Positions 8,683-18,317 of a stretch of 41,422 nucleotides of DNA are shown here, one piece after another. The translations under genes and the position numbers were made by a program. The DNA lies in assembly GCA_028279265.1 (NCBI GenBank), contig JANQOC010000717.1, forward strand, positions 1-41,422, read 5' to 3'. The notes under the pieces were generated by a model that did no database searches, was not told where the DNA came from, and saw only the letters and a program-made list of their open reading frames with translations. Source of the stretch: Hyphomicrobiales bacterium (GTDB lineage: Bacteria > Pseudomonadota > Alphaproteobacteria > Rhizobiales > CAYWUX01). The stretch's first letter is position 1, and every line of letters begins with the position of its first letter.

Positions 8683-9393
8683 ATGCCGACAACGATCCTG
8701 ACATTGGGCGAAAACATCGCCCTTCAGATCTCGATGGCCAAGCCGACGACGTTGACTGACAGCGATACGGTCACAAACCACGGCGAAAAGATCCTTTTGC
8801 ATCTCCATCGCACATGTCGGGGTTTGGCTGGGGCCCATGACTGGCAGCGCTTGCGCCGGGAAGAAACTTTCACGACTGTAGCGGCGGAAACCCAAACCGA
8901 CACGCTGCCCGCGGATTTTCTCAGGCACATCCAGGGAACATTTTGGAACCGTACCGACCGCCGGCCGGTGATTGGTCCCTTAACACCGCAGGAATGGCAA
9001 TATTTGAAAGCCCAGGTGACCGGTGGCGTCGAAGATCAGTTCTATCAGAGAAACAATGATCTCCTGATCTATCCCGCGCCTTCGGCCGGGGAAACCATGG
9101 CCTTTGAGTACATCACCAAAATGATCGGCCTGGCCACGGACAACACGACCGAACGGGAGCTTTTCACCGTCGATACGGATTACACCTATTTCGATGATGA
9201 GCTGGTTATTCTCGGGGCCGCCTGGTCTTACAAGCAATCCGAGGGATTAGATTATTCCGAAGAGATGAATTCCTTCGAATTGCGCTTTTACGACATGGTG
9301 AAAGCCGACGGTGGCATCAGTGACAGAAATGCCGCCGGCAAGATGTATCAGCGCGAGATTAAACCAAAATTCCAGGAATATATTTCGTCATGA
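8683..9393 (+). CDS. Head-to-tail adaptor / tail tubular protein A-like (by position)
   Basis: 236-aa ORF with its ATG directly after the upstream stop, ATGA-coupled to the next gene. First of the tail genes; no family verified. Confidence 0.4.
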   Translation: MPTTILTLGENIALQISMAKPTTLTDSDTVTNHGEKILLHLHRTCRGLAGAHDWQRLRREETFTTVAAETQTDTLPADFLRHIQGTFWNRTDRRPVIGPLTPQEWQYLKAQVTGGVEDQFYQRNNDLLIYPAPSAGETMAFEYITKMIGLATDNTTERELFTVDTDYTYFDDELVILGAAWSYKQSEGLDYSEEMNSFELRFYDMVKADGGISDRNAAGKMYQREIKPKFQEYISS

Positions 9394-10937
9394 TTATGAG
9401 GGCGCCGGTTCGGCAAAATCGACGCCGGGCCAAGACAAACACCGTCAAATGGGCCAAGCCCCCATCAAGGGGATGGAACGCCAAGGACGATCTGGCGGAC
9501 ATGCACCCCCAGGATGCGGTGGTTCTCGATAATCTCATTCCAACCGAATCGGGCGTGAACGTCAGGAAGGGGAAGGCCAGCCATGTTACAGGCATCGGAT
9601 CGACCATTCGCTCCATGTTCAAACATCCGGGAATTGACGGATCTTATAAGTTTTTCGCTGCCACCGCCGACGCGGTTTATGAGGTATCGTCCGCGGGCGC
9701 CGTAGGGGCGGCGGATCTTTCCTCATTATCAAATGGTAACTGGCTCGGCACCATGATGGAAACATCCGGGGGTAATTTCTGGTGCATGGTGAACAATGCG
9801 GATGGGTTCCGCACCTATGACGGGTCGAGCTGGGCCACACAAACGATTACAGGTGTTGATGCAAACGATCTTGTCAGCCTGCATTCGCATATGTCGCGGA
9901 TCTGGGGGGTTGAAAGGGATACGCTTAACGCCTGGTATTTACCTGTTGATAGCATCGCCGGCGCCATGACGAAATTTCCCCTTGGGGGGCTATCCAGAAA
10001 AGGGGGATATCTCGTTGCTATTGCCTCATGGACCCGGGACGGTGGCGAAGGCCTGGACGATGTCTGTTGCTTTATCACCTCGGAAGGTGAAGTCCACATC
10101 TATTCGGGAACGGATCCAAGTTCTGCGTCCACCTGGTCCCGGGTCGGCACCTTCGACATAGCCAAACCAATTGGCCGAAAATGTGTCCGCGGCGCCGGTC
10201 CGGATTGCGCCATTCTGACCAGTATAGGCTTACTACCTTTATCCGCAGCTATCGGGCTTGCGAGATCGGCCCAGGCGAATGTGGCCGTCACCGATGGGAT
10301 AAGAAAAGCCTTTCAAACTCAATATGAGGGGCAAAAAGACAATACCGGTTGGGAGATCACGGAGTTTTCTTCGGAAAACCTGGTGATTGTGAACGTTCCC
10401 ATCGTCGATGGGCTCACCTATTACCAGTATGTGATGAACATTCGAAACCGGGGCGCCTGGTGCCGGTTCAAGAACTTTAACGCCCATGCCTTCCTGGAAG
10501 TGGACGATGAATTGTATTTCGGGGACGTGGACGGAACGATCTGGAAGTACGACGGTAACGACGATGACGGATCGGCGATAGATGTGTTTGTTGTCCAGGC
10601 CTATCAACATTTTGGCAGCTCTAACGAAAAGGTGTTCCATAGGATTCAACCAAGATTCTTTGGACCGCCGGGTTATGCGCCGTCCATTGGGCTCAGGATA
10701 GATTTCGACGAAACCGACATCACTTATCCCGCCGCCGCTTATACAGCCCCCGGCTCTTACTGGGATGAAGAGGAATGGGATCTCGCCGTCTGGGGGGTTG
10801 GGCAGGTGGCGAATGAGCTTTGGCAGGGGGTTTCCGGAAAAGGCTTTGTGGCGGCGATCATTTTTTCCGCGAGCCTCGATGAACCCCTGACATTTAACGG
10901 GGCGCGGATATCCTTTACTCAGGGGGATGGGATTTGA
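9390..10937 (+). CDS. Tail nozzle / tail tubular protein B-like (by position)
   Basis: 515-aa beta-rich ORF ATGA-coupled to the adaptor-like gene. No tube, sheath or tape-measure genes occur anywhere, which suggests a short tail. Confidence 0.4.
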   Translation: MIMRAPVRQNRRRAKTNTVKWAKPPSRGWNAKDDLADMHPQDAVVLDNLIPTESGVNVRKGKASHVTGIGSTIRSMFKHPGIDGSYKFFAATADAVYEVSSAGAVGAADLSSLSNGNWLGTMMETSGGNFWCMVNNADGFRTYDGSSWATQTITGVDANDLVSLHSHMSRIWGVERDTLNAWYLPVDSIAGAMTKFPLGGLSRKGGYLVAIASWTRDGGEGLDDVCCFITSEGEVHIYSGTDPSSASTWSRVGTFDIAKPIGRKCVRGAGPDCAILTSIGLLPLSAAIGLARSAQANVAVTDGIRKAFQTQYEGQKDNTGWEITEFSSENLVIVNVPIVDGLTYYQYVMNIRNRGAWCRFKNFNAHAFLEVDDELYFGDVDGTIWKYDGNDDDGSAIDVFVVQAYQHFGSSNEKVFHRIQPRFFGPPGYAPSIGLRIDFDETDITYPAAAYTAPGSYWDEEEWDLAVWGVGQVANELWQGVSGKGFVAAIIFSASLDEPLTFNGARISFTQGDGI

Positions 10938-11458
10938 TCCTCACCGCAGATCGATCAAAAGAGGTGGCCGAATGGGTCCAAAAAAGATGTGGGGGCGAAT
11001 TCACTTTACCCGTGGGCGTTTATCAAACCCTTGCGCTGATCGACAGGGACGAAATCGTCGCCGGCACAATCTGGTTCGCCTACACGGACACAGATATTTC
11101 CCTGTCATTAGCCGTCAAGTCCGGAACGATGATCCGCCGCGCAGTTGTGCATGATGCCTTTCATTATCCTTTCGTGCAACTGAACTGCAACCGGGTCAGC
11201 GCAGAAGTTTTGTCATCGAATCGAAAATGCCTAAAGATATTAAAAATTCTAGGTTTCCAGCGTGAAGGGATAAAGCGGGAGGCCGGCCCGGATGGTGAAG
11301 ATGTCGAGATCTGGGGATTGTTGAAAAGCGATTTTGCGCGGAAAGGTTTCACCTATGAAAGCCCCATCCCAGCCAAAAGCCCCGGACGCAAGAGCCACAG
11401 CCGCGGCCGATCAGGCGGGCAATGTGGGCACGGCTATAGCCCAAACGGCGCTCAATAA
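10934..11458 (+). CDS. GNAT-fold (RimJ/RimL-like) acetyltransferase-like protein
   Basis: TTG start overlapping the upstream stop (TTGA). C-terminal GNAT-like pattern NRVSAEVLSSNRKCLKILKILGFQREGIKREAGPDGEDVEIWGLLKSDF. The last ~100 nt overlap the next gene. Confidence 0.5.
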   Translation: MILTADRSKEVAEWVQKRCGGEFTLPVGVYQTLALIDRDEIVAGTIWFAYTDTDISLSLAVKSGTMIRRAVVHDAFHYPFVQLNCNRVSAEVLSSNRKCLKILKILGFQREGIKREAGPDGEDVEIWGLLKSDFARKGFTYESPIPAKSPGRKSHSRGRSGGQCGHGYSPNGAQ

Positions 11459-12542
11459 CGCCAACGAAGTTTCGCCCTTTGGGAATGTGAATTACGACAT
11501 CACGGGACATCAGACGGTTAAGGATGCCCAGGGCAATGATATTTCGGTCCCGACCTATACCCGGACCCAAACCCTTTCTGAAGACGAACAAGCCAAACTC
11601 GACCTTGAAAACCGGATTGCCCTTCAGTCCGGTGGTATTGCCGAAGATCAACTGGGGCGGTTAGAACAATCGCTGGCCACGCCAATTACCCTTGATGATC
11701 TTCCGGCAGCCGGCGTTTATGATCCCGACCGCTACGAGGCGGCGCTGTTTGAACGGCTTAACCCGCAACTCGACCGGGATCGCGCCGCGCTGGACACACA
11801 ATTAGCTAATCAAGGCATTAAACTGGGATCTGAAGCTCACCAAGACGCCATGCGAGTGCGCCAGCAGGGGGAAAACGATGCCCGCATTGCGACGATACTC
11901 GGAGCGCAACAGTACGGTCTAAATGATGTCGCCGCCGCCGATACCTCCCGGGAGCGGCGTTTGCAGGAAAATCTGGCGGTTAGAAATCAGCCCCTAAATG
12001 AGATTTCAGCCCTGATGTCCGGCAACCAGGTGAACATGCCGCAATTCTCCCAGTTCCGCGCCGGGACCATTGCCCCGACATCGGTTGGGGACAACATCTG
12101 GCGCGGCTATGATGCCGACATGCAGGCTTATAATCTACAACAGCAAAACCGTAATGCCATGATGGGCGGGCTTTTTGGATTGGGAAGCTCGTATATCGAG
12201 AGCCCTCACAGCGCCGCATCGCCGATATTTATGGCCTCCATGGCAGAACTAAAGACGGATATTGCCGAGCCCAAAGATTTTCTGGCGCGGCTTGATGAGC
12301 TGGATGTGAAAACCTGGCGTTATTCCCCGTCGGCCCAGATGGAATTAAAACTGGATGGGGAACTTCATATCGGCCCCATGGCCGACCAATGGAAGGAACT
12401 CTTCGGCGGTGACGGCCGGCAGATCAATCTAATCGATGCCAACGGGGTCTTGTTTCAGATCTGCAAAGAGCTGTTGCACTATCTCGACCACGTGGAAGCC
12501 CGGGTTCAGGAATTGGAAGGGGAGCTGGGAATATGCCGGTAA
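11355..12542 (+). CDS. Coiled-coil virion protein with a C-terminal S74-type intramolecular chaperone (auto-cleaving) domain; tail needle/plug or internal protein candidate
   Basis: ATG 11355 with SD ggaaagg. C-terminus: S-MAELKTDIAEPKDFLARLDELDVKTWRY...HIGPMADQWKELFG...IDANGVLFQICKELLHYLDHVEARVQELE matches the endosialidase / L-shaped tail fibre chaperone pattern. Confidence 0.7.
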   Translation: MKAPSQPKAPDARATAAADQAGNVGTAIAQTALNNANEVSPFGNVNYDITGHQTVKDAQGNDISVPTYTRTQTLSEDEQAKLDLENRIALQSGGIAEDQLGRLEQSLATPITLDDLPAAGVYDPDRYEAALFERLNPQLDRDRAALDTQLANQGIKLGSEAHQDAMRVRQQGENDARIATILGAQQYGLNDVAAADTSRERRLQENLAVRNQPLNEISALMSGNQVNMPQFSQFRAGTIAPTSVGDNIWRGYDADMQAYNLQQQNRNAMMGGLFGLGSSYIESPHSAASPIFMASMAELKTDIAEPKDFLARLDELDVKTWRYSPSAQMELKLDGELHIGPMADQWKELFGGDGRQINLIDANGVLFQICKELLHYLDHVEARVQELEGELGICR

Positions 12543-13789
12543 GACGGTTAGAAATGGCCCTTCAGCCGCAGCCCATTGACGATGTGACCTTTGAGGAATT
12601 GCAGCATCGCCGACAGCTTGCTAAAGAGGCCCGCGGAAAAAAGCGATTTGACACGATTGAACACCCGACCCAGGGGCTTGCCATGTTGATGGATGCCTTT
12701 AACACCCGGGAATACAACCGCCAAGCGGAAGAGGCTGAAGACGCTTTTAAACGCAAAACTGCGGCGGATGACTCGAAGATCGTTGATGTCCTATCAGGTA
12801 TGTATAGCCCAGGGGCCTCAAATTCAGGAAATAACGTACCGTCAGCGCCCGATCAGGGTGTTACGGGGGCGGGTGGGCCCGGGAACGCCGAAACGGGCGC
12901 TCAGAGCGGCGGAATTCGCCTTCCCGACGGTCGAAAATTGTCCGGGGACCAGATGCGGGCGCTCTTGGCGAATAAAGCCACAAGGGGATTTGCGACGAAA
13001 CTCTTGGCCTCCCAGATTGGGGATGCGAATAAGGGGCCTAAAACGACAGCAGCTTATGATAATTATAAATTAGGCCTTCAGGACCCAGGGTTTGCACAGC
13101 GCCAGATGGATCTGAAGAAAGCCGGCGCGGCCAACATGACAATGAAGGCCAATTTAAAGGGTGACAGTTCGCAACAATCTGAGGATGGAAAATATCTGTC
13201 AAAACTGAAACAGGAAGCAATGACCCGGGGGGCGGCATTACCTGGGGAAATGGCGCAGCTCGAAATACTCGAAACTCACCTTTCAGATCCGAATCTGCAC
13301 ACCGGCTCTTTTGCAAATATGGCCCTTGATGCAAAGAAGGCGTTCACTTCATTGACAGGCATTCATGTTGATGGTGTCGCCGATGGCATTGTCGCTCGAA
13401 ATCTCAGCAATGAACTAGCCCTGAAGGATAAGGAAAAAGTTGGCGGTGGTGTTCTCTCAAACTCGGATATTCAATTACTTCAGTCTTTACCGCCGAACAT
13501 TCTGAATACCAAGGAAGCTAATCGCTTGCTGGTGTCTCGCATGATGCACGAAAAGAAATACGAGCTGGCAAAGCATAGGGTTATTCTGGATGCCATGCAA
13601 AACGATCCATCGGGCCGCGGCCAAATCAAGTATGGCGATGTAATTAAGCCCCTGAATGAGTTGAACCGGATGCACACCAAGACGACACGTCAGTTCTATA
13701 CGCAATTGCGGGCCATGGCACCGAAAAAGCAAACGACGCCACAAGGCGCCGGCATGGAAGAGCTTTGGAATAAATACGGATTAGAATAA
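12533..13789 (+). CDS. Internal virion / ejection protein (putative)
   Basis: 418-aa ORF overlapping the upstream stop. Its position is equivalent to podovirus core proteins. No motif recognised. Confidence 0.4.
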   Translation: MPVRRLEMALQPQPIDDVTFEELQHRRQLAKEARGKKRFDTIEHPTQGLAMLMDAFNTREYNRQAEEAEDAFKRKTAADDSKIVDVLSGMYSPGASNSGNNVPSAPDQGVTGAGGPGNAETGAQSGGIRLPDGRKLSGDQMRALLANKATRGFATKLLASQIGDANKGPKTTAAYDNYKLGLQDPGFAQRQMDLKKAGAANMTMKANLKGDSSQQSEDGKYLSKLKQEAMTRGAALPGEMAQLEILETHLSDPNLHTGSFANMALDAKKAFTSLTGIHVDGVADGIVARNLSNELALKDKEKVGGGVLSNSDIQLLQSLPPNILNTKEANRLLVSRMMHEKKYELAKHRVILDAMQNDPSGRGQIKYGDVIKPLNELNRMHTKTTRQFYTQLRAMAPKKQTTPQGAGMEELWNKYGLE

Positions 13790-16488
13790 TGCCGGATTAT
13801 GCAAAAATCAGGCGAAATTTGGATCGCATGAAAGCCGGTGGCGCTGAAGTCCCAGAGGTCCAGCAATATCTGGAAACGGAAGGGGTAACGCTTCAAGAAG
13901 TCATGAGCCAGCCCCCGGACGCGGGATCGGGTATCGGCGACACGATCCAGCACTACGGCGAACGCGGCGCGAATTTCGTCAAGAATGTTGTCGGGGATCT
14001 CACGCGACCGGCGGTTGAGGCTTTTCAGGGCCAACAGGATCCGCGATTTGCTGGCGTTCCGTCTGTTGATGAAAACCCAACAGAACATCAGGGGTTAGCC
14101 ACACAAGGGCAGTTTGCCGAAGGCTTTCGGGGTGCTACGGGAACCGGGACCATGGCGCTTGGAAACTCGGATGAACAATATTACGATCTCATGGTTGAAA
14201 ACCTCGGGGATCGTTTTATTCCGACCGTGGATGGAAAGCCCAAACGGGATGCGAACGGCTATCTCCTGATCGATTATGTGGATCCCGACGGTCAGATCCG
14301 CACGGAGTATGTGAACAAACCCGGGGCCGACATGCAGGATCTTGATCGGGGTTTAGCGCAAGAGGTGCCGATGCTGGCTGCTGGCGGCATGGCTGGCGGC
14401 GCGGCGCGTCGGGCGGGATATGGATTGCTCAAGGGGTTGGGCCTGGTTGGGGCGTCGCAAGTGGCGGGATCTGAAGCCATGGACGCCCTGGCCACAACCC
14501 AGGGGTCCGAACAGGGCCAAGACCATGTGCGCGCGGCTTTATCCGGGGCACTTGTTGGTCTGGGTGGTGTGGGCAAGAAAACAGGCGCCGCCATGGGGGC
14601 GGGTTATGCCGGTGTGAATGCGTTTTCGGACGAAGAAGACACGACAGCGGAAAAGATCGGTAAGGTCGCCACCGGGCTGGCCGTCGGTTATGGGGCGGGT
14701 AAAGTGATCGGCGGGACAGGTTTACCGAAAGGCCAGACATCCCCTGATGAAGCCTTGGAACAGGCGAACAAACAACTTCCGCGCCATCAACAGCAACATT
14801 TGCGCACCGGGGAGATCGATCTGGAAAACCCCGGCATCAATCCGGAAAGCATTGAGATCGTCCAGGACCAGGTCCAGGATGCCTTGAATGTCTCTGAAGT
14901 GATGGATCATGGGAAGGCTATGAGAAAGGGCTATAGCGTCACCCAGGGGCAGATTTCCAATGATCCGGCCCAGCTTCTTCTGGAAGATAAAATGAGGAAG
15001 GGCGGTTTCGGTCCGACCAATGCCCGGGAACTCCTCGAAAACGACCAGGTCCGCCAAATGCAGATCCGCGAAGGGGCCATGGGGCCAATCTTCGCCGATG
15101 CGCGAAGTCTCAAAGGTGAAGGGGTTGGGGAAATCCTCGCCAAACGGAACCTGAACCCGGAAACCGACAGCCATTTGATCCGCTCAACCGTGGATGGCAT
15201 GACCAATCAAAGGGGGGTTGCGGCAAACACGTCCGTTCAGCCCGCCAATGTGGGCGAAGATATCCGCAAAAACTTTCAGGGCTTTGAAGGTACGGTTCGC
15301 GCCAAGGAAAACGAACTCTGGAAAGGGCTCGATGACGTCGTCGCCACATCTGACGGCATGGCGCTCTTAAAAGGGACGCTGGAGCGGGAGCTGGGGCCAA
15401 AAGGCATTCGCCTGGCGCGAACGGGACCGGCCCGGGAAATGCTTGAAGAACTCAGACATTTCGCCGAGCCCAAATCAGGACAAGCGCCGCCGGCGGCCGA
15501 TGGTTGGCTCGATAAACCGGGGGATGTTTTAACCATCAATCAGATGCGTGAAACAATCGGTGGCATGGTGGACGACGCCGCCACGACAAAAGAACGCCGG
15601 GCCGCCGGCCAGGTTTACCGGGCTTACAATGCCTGGATTGATGAGATCTCAGCAAAAAGCTTTGTCGAAGGCGAAGACGCCGCGGCTTTAGCATCAAGAA
15701 TGCGTGGCGCTCGGGCCTTTACCCGGGAGTTTCGCGGGCTCTTAAATCCAAAAGACAGTATGGGCAAGGCCACGCCGGGCGGGGCCATCATGAAACAGTT
15801 GAAAAAGGCGGATAGTGCTGAAAACTTCGCCGCTGTTCTTTTCGGCCGTCAAACCACGACCACGGCGCCGACGGCCGGCCGGGTTGAAGCCCTGGAAAAT
15901 ATCAAGAAGATGATTTTCTCGGACTTCGGGAAGTCGTCCATGGCCGAACGGCAATCCGCCTGGAATGATATCCGCATCGCCTATTGGTCAAAAATTGTCC
16001 TCGACAAAAAAGGACATATGAAAACGCCGGGACAGCTTCAGTCTGACCTGGTGGCCACATGGAAAAACCAGAACTCCATTATGAAACTCTTGTACGACAA
16101 GAAAGAACTGGCGGTGATTGCCGATTTCGTCGGCGACCTCGATGTTTTGAAGCGGTCGAAAGACGGTCTGGATGTTTCTGGGGTTGCCAAACATGTGATG
16201 GATCAGGCGACGAAGTCTCGTTGGTCCATGGGATTAAAGAAACAGTTGCAGATCAAGGGGACGCGGGAACGTCTTGGAAAAGGCCGGGTTTATGTCGCTG
16301 CCTTCTATCAAATGCTGGCGGGTAAGCTTGGGGACGACTGGGCCGGCGCCTTAACCGGGCAACAGGTCCGCAAAGCCCTGAGCCCGACGGTGAAGAAGAA
16401 AATCACCCGGGACCAGGTGGCCCGCGGTGTTGTCGGGGGTATGCTGGGGCGCCAGGTTGAGGGTTCAAAAACTGAGGGACAAAGATAA
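13789..16488 (+). CDS. Large internal virion / DNA-ejection protein (putative)
   Basis: 899-aa ORF, TAATG-coupled. Contains a Gly/Ala-rich hydrophobic stretch (PMLAAGGMAGGAARR...GALVGLGGVGKKTGAAMGAGYAGV). It is the largest gene in the tail module. Confidence 0.45.
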   Translation: MPDYAKIRRNLDRMKAGGAEVPEVQQYLETEGVTLQEVMSQPPDAGSGIGDTIQHYGERGANFVKNVVGDLTRPAVEAFQGQQDPRFAGVPSVDENPTEHQGLATQGQFAEGFRGATGTGTMALGNSDEQYYDLMVENLGDRFIPTVDGKPKRDANGYLLIDYVDPDGQIRTEYVNKPGADMQDLDRGLAQEVPMLAAGGMAGGAARRAGYGLLKGLGLVGASQVAGSEAMDALATTQGSEQGQDHVRAALSGALVGLGGVGKKTGAAMGAGYAGVNAFSDEEDTTAEKIGKVATGLAVGYGAGKVIGGTGLPKGQTSPDEALEQANKQLPRHQQQHLRTGEIDLENPGINPESIEIVQDQVQDALNVSEVMDHGKAMRKGYSVTQGQISNDPAQLLLEDKMRKGGFGPTNARELLENDQVRQMQIREGAMGPIFADARSLKGEGVGEILAKRNLNPETDSHLIRSTVDGMTNQRGVAANTSVQPANVGEDIRKNFQGFEGTVRAKENELWKGLDDVVATSDGMALLKGTLERELGPKGIRLARTGPAREMLEELRHFAEPKSGQAPPAADGWLDKPGDVLTINQMRETIGGMVDDAATTKERRAAGQVYRAYNAWIDEISAKSFVEGEDAAALASRMRGARAFTREFRGLLNPKDSMGKATPGGAIMKQLKKADSAENFAAVLFGRQTTTTAPTAGRVEALENIKKMIFSDFGKSSMAERQSAWNDIRIAYWSKIVLDKKGHMKTPGQLQSDLVATWKNQNSIMKLLYDKKELAVIADFVGDLDVLKRSKDGLDVSGVAKHVMDQATKSRWSMGLKKQLQIKGTRERLGKGRVYVAAFYQMLAGKLGDDWAGALTGQQVRKALSPTVKKKITRDQVARGVVGGMLGRQVEGSKTEGQR

Positions 16489-17963
16489 TGGCTTTGAACG
16501 GATCCGGAACCTTCAGCCGGCTTTACAACTGGGTCACTGACCGAAACAACTCCATTAAAATCCGCGCCGACCGCATGGACGCGGAACTTGACGGTATCGC
16601 CACAGCCCTAAGTCAGGCGCTTTACAAAGACGGCCAGCAAACGGTGACGGCGGATATCCCCTTTGGCGGGTTTCGTTTAACGGGTGTCGGTACGGCAACG
16701 GCGGGCACCGATGCACTCAATAGAGATGCAGGGGACGCGCGTTATATCCAATCTTTGAATGGTGTAAGCCCTATTACAGTTGACGACGCCAACAATAACA
16801 GCGTCGTCGAAATTCTTGAACTTCTGCACACGACATCGGGAACGCCCGGCGCCGGCATTGGATCGCGACTGTCATTTTCCGCCGAAACCGCAGCGGATAA
16901 TAATGAAAAAGGCGCAACGATTGAGGCCATCGCCACGGACGTGACCGACACGGCGGAAGTCTTTAATCTTCTCTTCCGGATTATGACGGCGGGATCCCTG
17001 GCGGATGCTTATCGCATGTTGCCGGCGGAATTCCGCCCTGCTGCGAATGATGGGGCCAGCCTTGGATCCGCATCCTTTAACTGGTCGGATCTCTTTGCAG
17101 CCCTTGGGGCGGTGATTAATTTCAACAATGGGGATGTGACCATCACCCATTCGGCCAATCAGTTGGATTTTGCCGGCGCTGACAATGGCTATCACTTTGC
17201 GCAATCCCTGTTTATTGCTGAAGCTGCGGCGGCCATTGCCGACCGGGCCGGCCATGGACAATTGCATGTCCGAAATAATACCCCAAACGATCTTTATTTC
17301 GTGGATGATACGGGTCAGGAAGTTCAGTTGACCGACAATGGATCTCTGGCGGTCCCAACGGTTTCCGGGCGATTGTTAAGTCAACAGGAATTCTCTTCAT
17401 CGGGAACCTGGACAAAACCGGTGGGTTGTAATCTGATTAGAATTCGCCTTGTCGGCGGCGGTGGTGCTGGTGGTGGTGCCGCTGAAAGTGCCGGGGATCC
17501 GGCGGGGTCTGGCGGCGGATCCGGTGGCCCGGAAGAAATGCTTCTGGATGTCAGCGCGATATCCAGCGTCACAGTGACGATAGGGGCCGGAGGAACGCCG
17601 GCAGCGGGGACGAATGGCGGTGACGGCGGAACAACGTCTTTCGGTGCTCATTGTCAAGGAACCGGCGGCGAAGGTGGCAAAGGCGGAACGGACATCCACC
17701 CCAATGAAGGCGGCGAAGGTGGTGTCGGCAGCGGTGGTGACGTCAATGGTCAAGGGGCGCAAGGTCATTCTGCTTTCAGTGATTGGGCTGGCGCTGGTGG
17801 TGATTCCATATTTAGCGGCGGCGGATTTGGCCGTGAAGACGACGGCAACGGCAATGCTGGTCTGCGGGGCTCTGGCGGCGGTGGCGGCCGTGACAATACT
17901 GGCGGATCCAATTCCGGTGGCGCTGGCGGTGCTGGATTTGTGATCATAGAGGAATACAGTTAA
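16488..17963 (+). CDS. Tail fibre with a glycine-rich C-terminal domain
   Basis: The N-terminus FSRLYNWVTDRNNSIKIRADRMDAELDGIATALSQALYKDGQ...GFRLTGVGTATAGTDALNRD is the conserved podophage fibre N-domain pattern. The C-terminus is GGGGAGGGA...GGAGGAGFVIIEEY. Confidence 0.7.
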   Translation: MALNGSGTFSRLYNWVTDRNNSIKIRADRMDAELDGIATALSQALYKDGQQTVTADIPFGGFRLTGVGTATAGTDALNRDAGDARYIQSLNGVSPITVDDANNNSVVEILELLHTTSGTPGAGIGSRLSFSAETAADNNEKGATIEAIATDVTDTAEVFNLLFRIMTAGSLADAYRMLPAEFRPAANDGASLGSASFNWSDLFAALGAVINFNNGDVTITHSANQLDFAGADNGYHFAQSLFIAEAAAAIADRAGHGQLHVRNNTPNDLYFVDDTGQEVQLTDNGSLAVPTVSGRLLSQQEFSSSGTWTKPVGCNLIRIRLVGGGGAGGGAAESAGDPAGSGGGSGGPEEMLLDVSAISSVTVTIGAGGTPAAGTNGGDGGTTSFGAHCQGTGGEGGKGGTDIHPNEGGEGGVGSGGDVNGQGAQGHSAFSDWAGAGGDSIFSGGGFGREDDGNGNAGLRGSGGGGGRDNTGGSNSGGAGGAGFVIIEEYS

Positions 17964-18262
17964 TGCACTACAATTTGATCAAAGATGGCGAGATCGTAAA
18001 CACCATCATTCTCGGCGAGGACACCGTGATCGGATCTCCCGAGGAACTGCCGGATCGGCCGGAAATGCCTAAAAAACCGGGATTTAAAAATCCGAAGAAG
18101 CCGACAACCAAAGAGATCAAAGCTCTGGAGGTCTGGCGTATCGAGGTCCAGGAATGGCGGCAAACCGTCCTGAAGGACTGGGAATTAAAATGTAAACAGG
18201 TTCGAGAAAGCAACAAAAATATTTACCAGCCCCCCGAGGGCATGGAGATTGAACCGGCATAA
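17963..18262 (+). CDS. Hypothetical Pro/Lys-rich protein
   Basis: Track ORF, TAATG-coupled to the fibre gene. No TM segment. Confidence 0.55.
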   Translation: MHYNLIKDGEIVNTIILGEDTVIGSPEELPDRPEMPKKPGFKNPKKPTTKEIKALEVWRIEVQEWRQTVLKDWELKCKQVRESNKNIYQPPEGMEIEPA

Positions 18263-18317
18263 AATTTTATCCGCGAATCGTTTCTGAATAAGGTTTCCCG
18301 GAACAAGCGGGGAACTC

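Noticed and set aside
14292-15539. Series of 90-150-aa minus-strand ORFs, and similar ones at 17381..17947, 3320..3950 and 9619..10649
   Set aside because: They are Pro/Arg/Gly-rich shadow ORFs opposite GC-rich structural genes. They have no starts with an SD and no operon logic.
17440-17940. Possible simple-sequence or tandem DNA repeat (GGC/GGT-rich)
   Set aside because: There is no exact repeating unit. The region encodes the glycine-rich C-terminal domain of the fibre, so it is a coding bias rather than a VNTR or CRISPR-like array.
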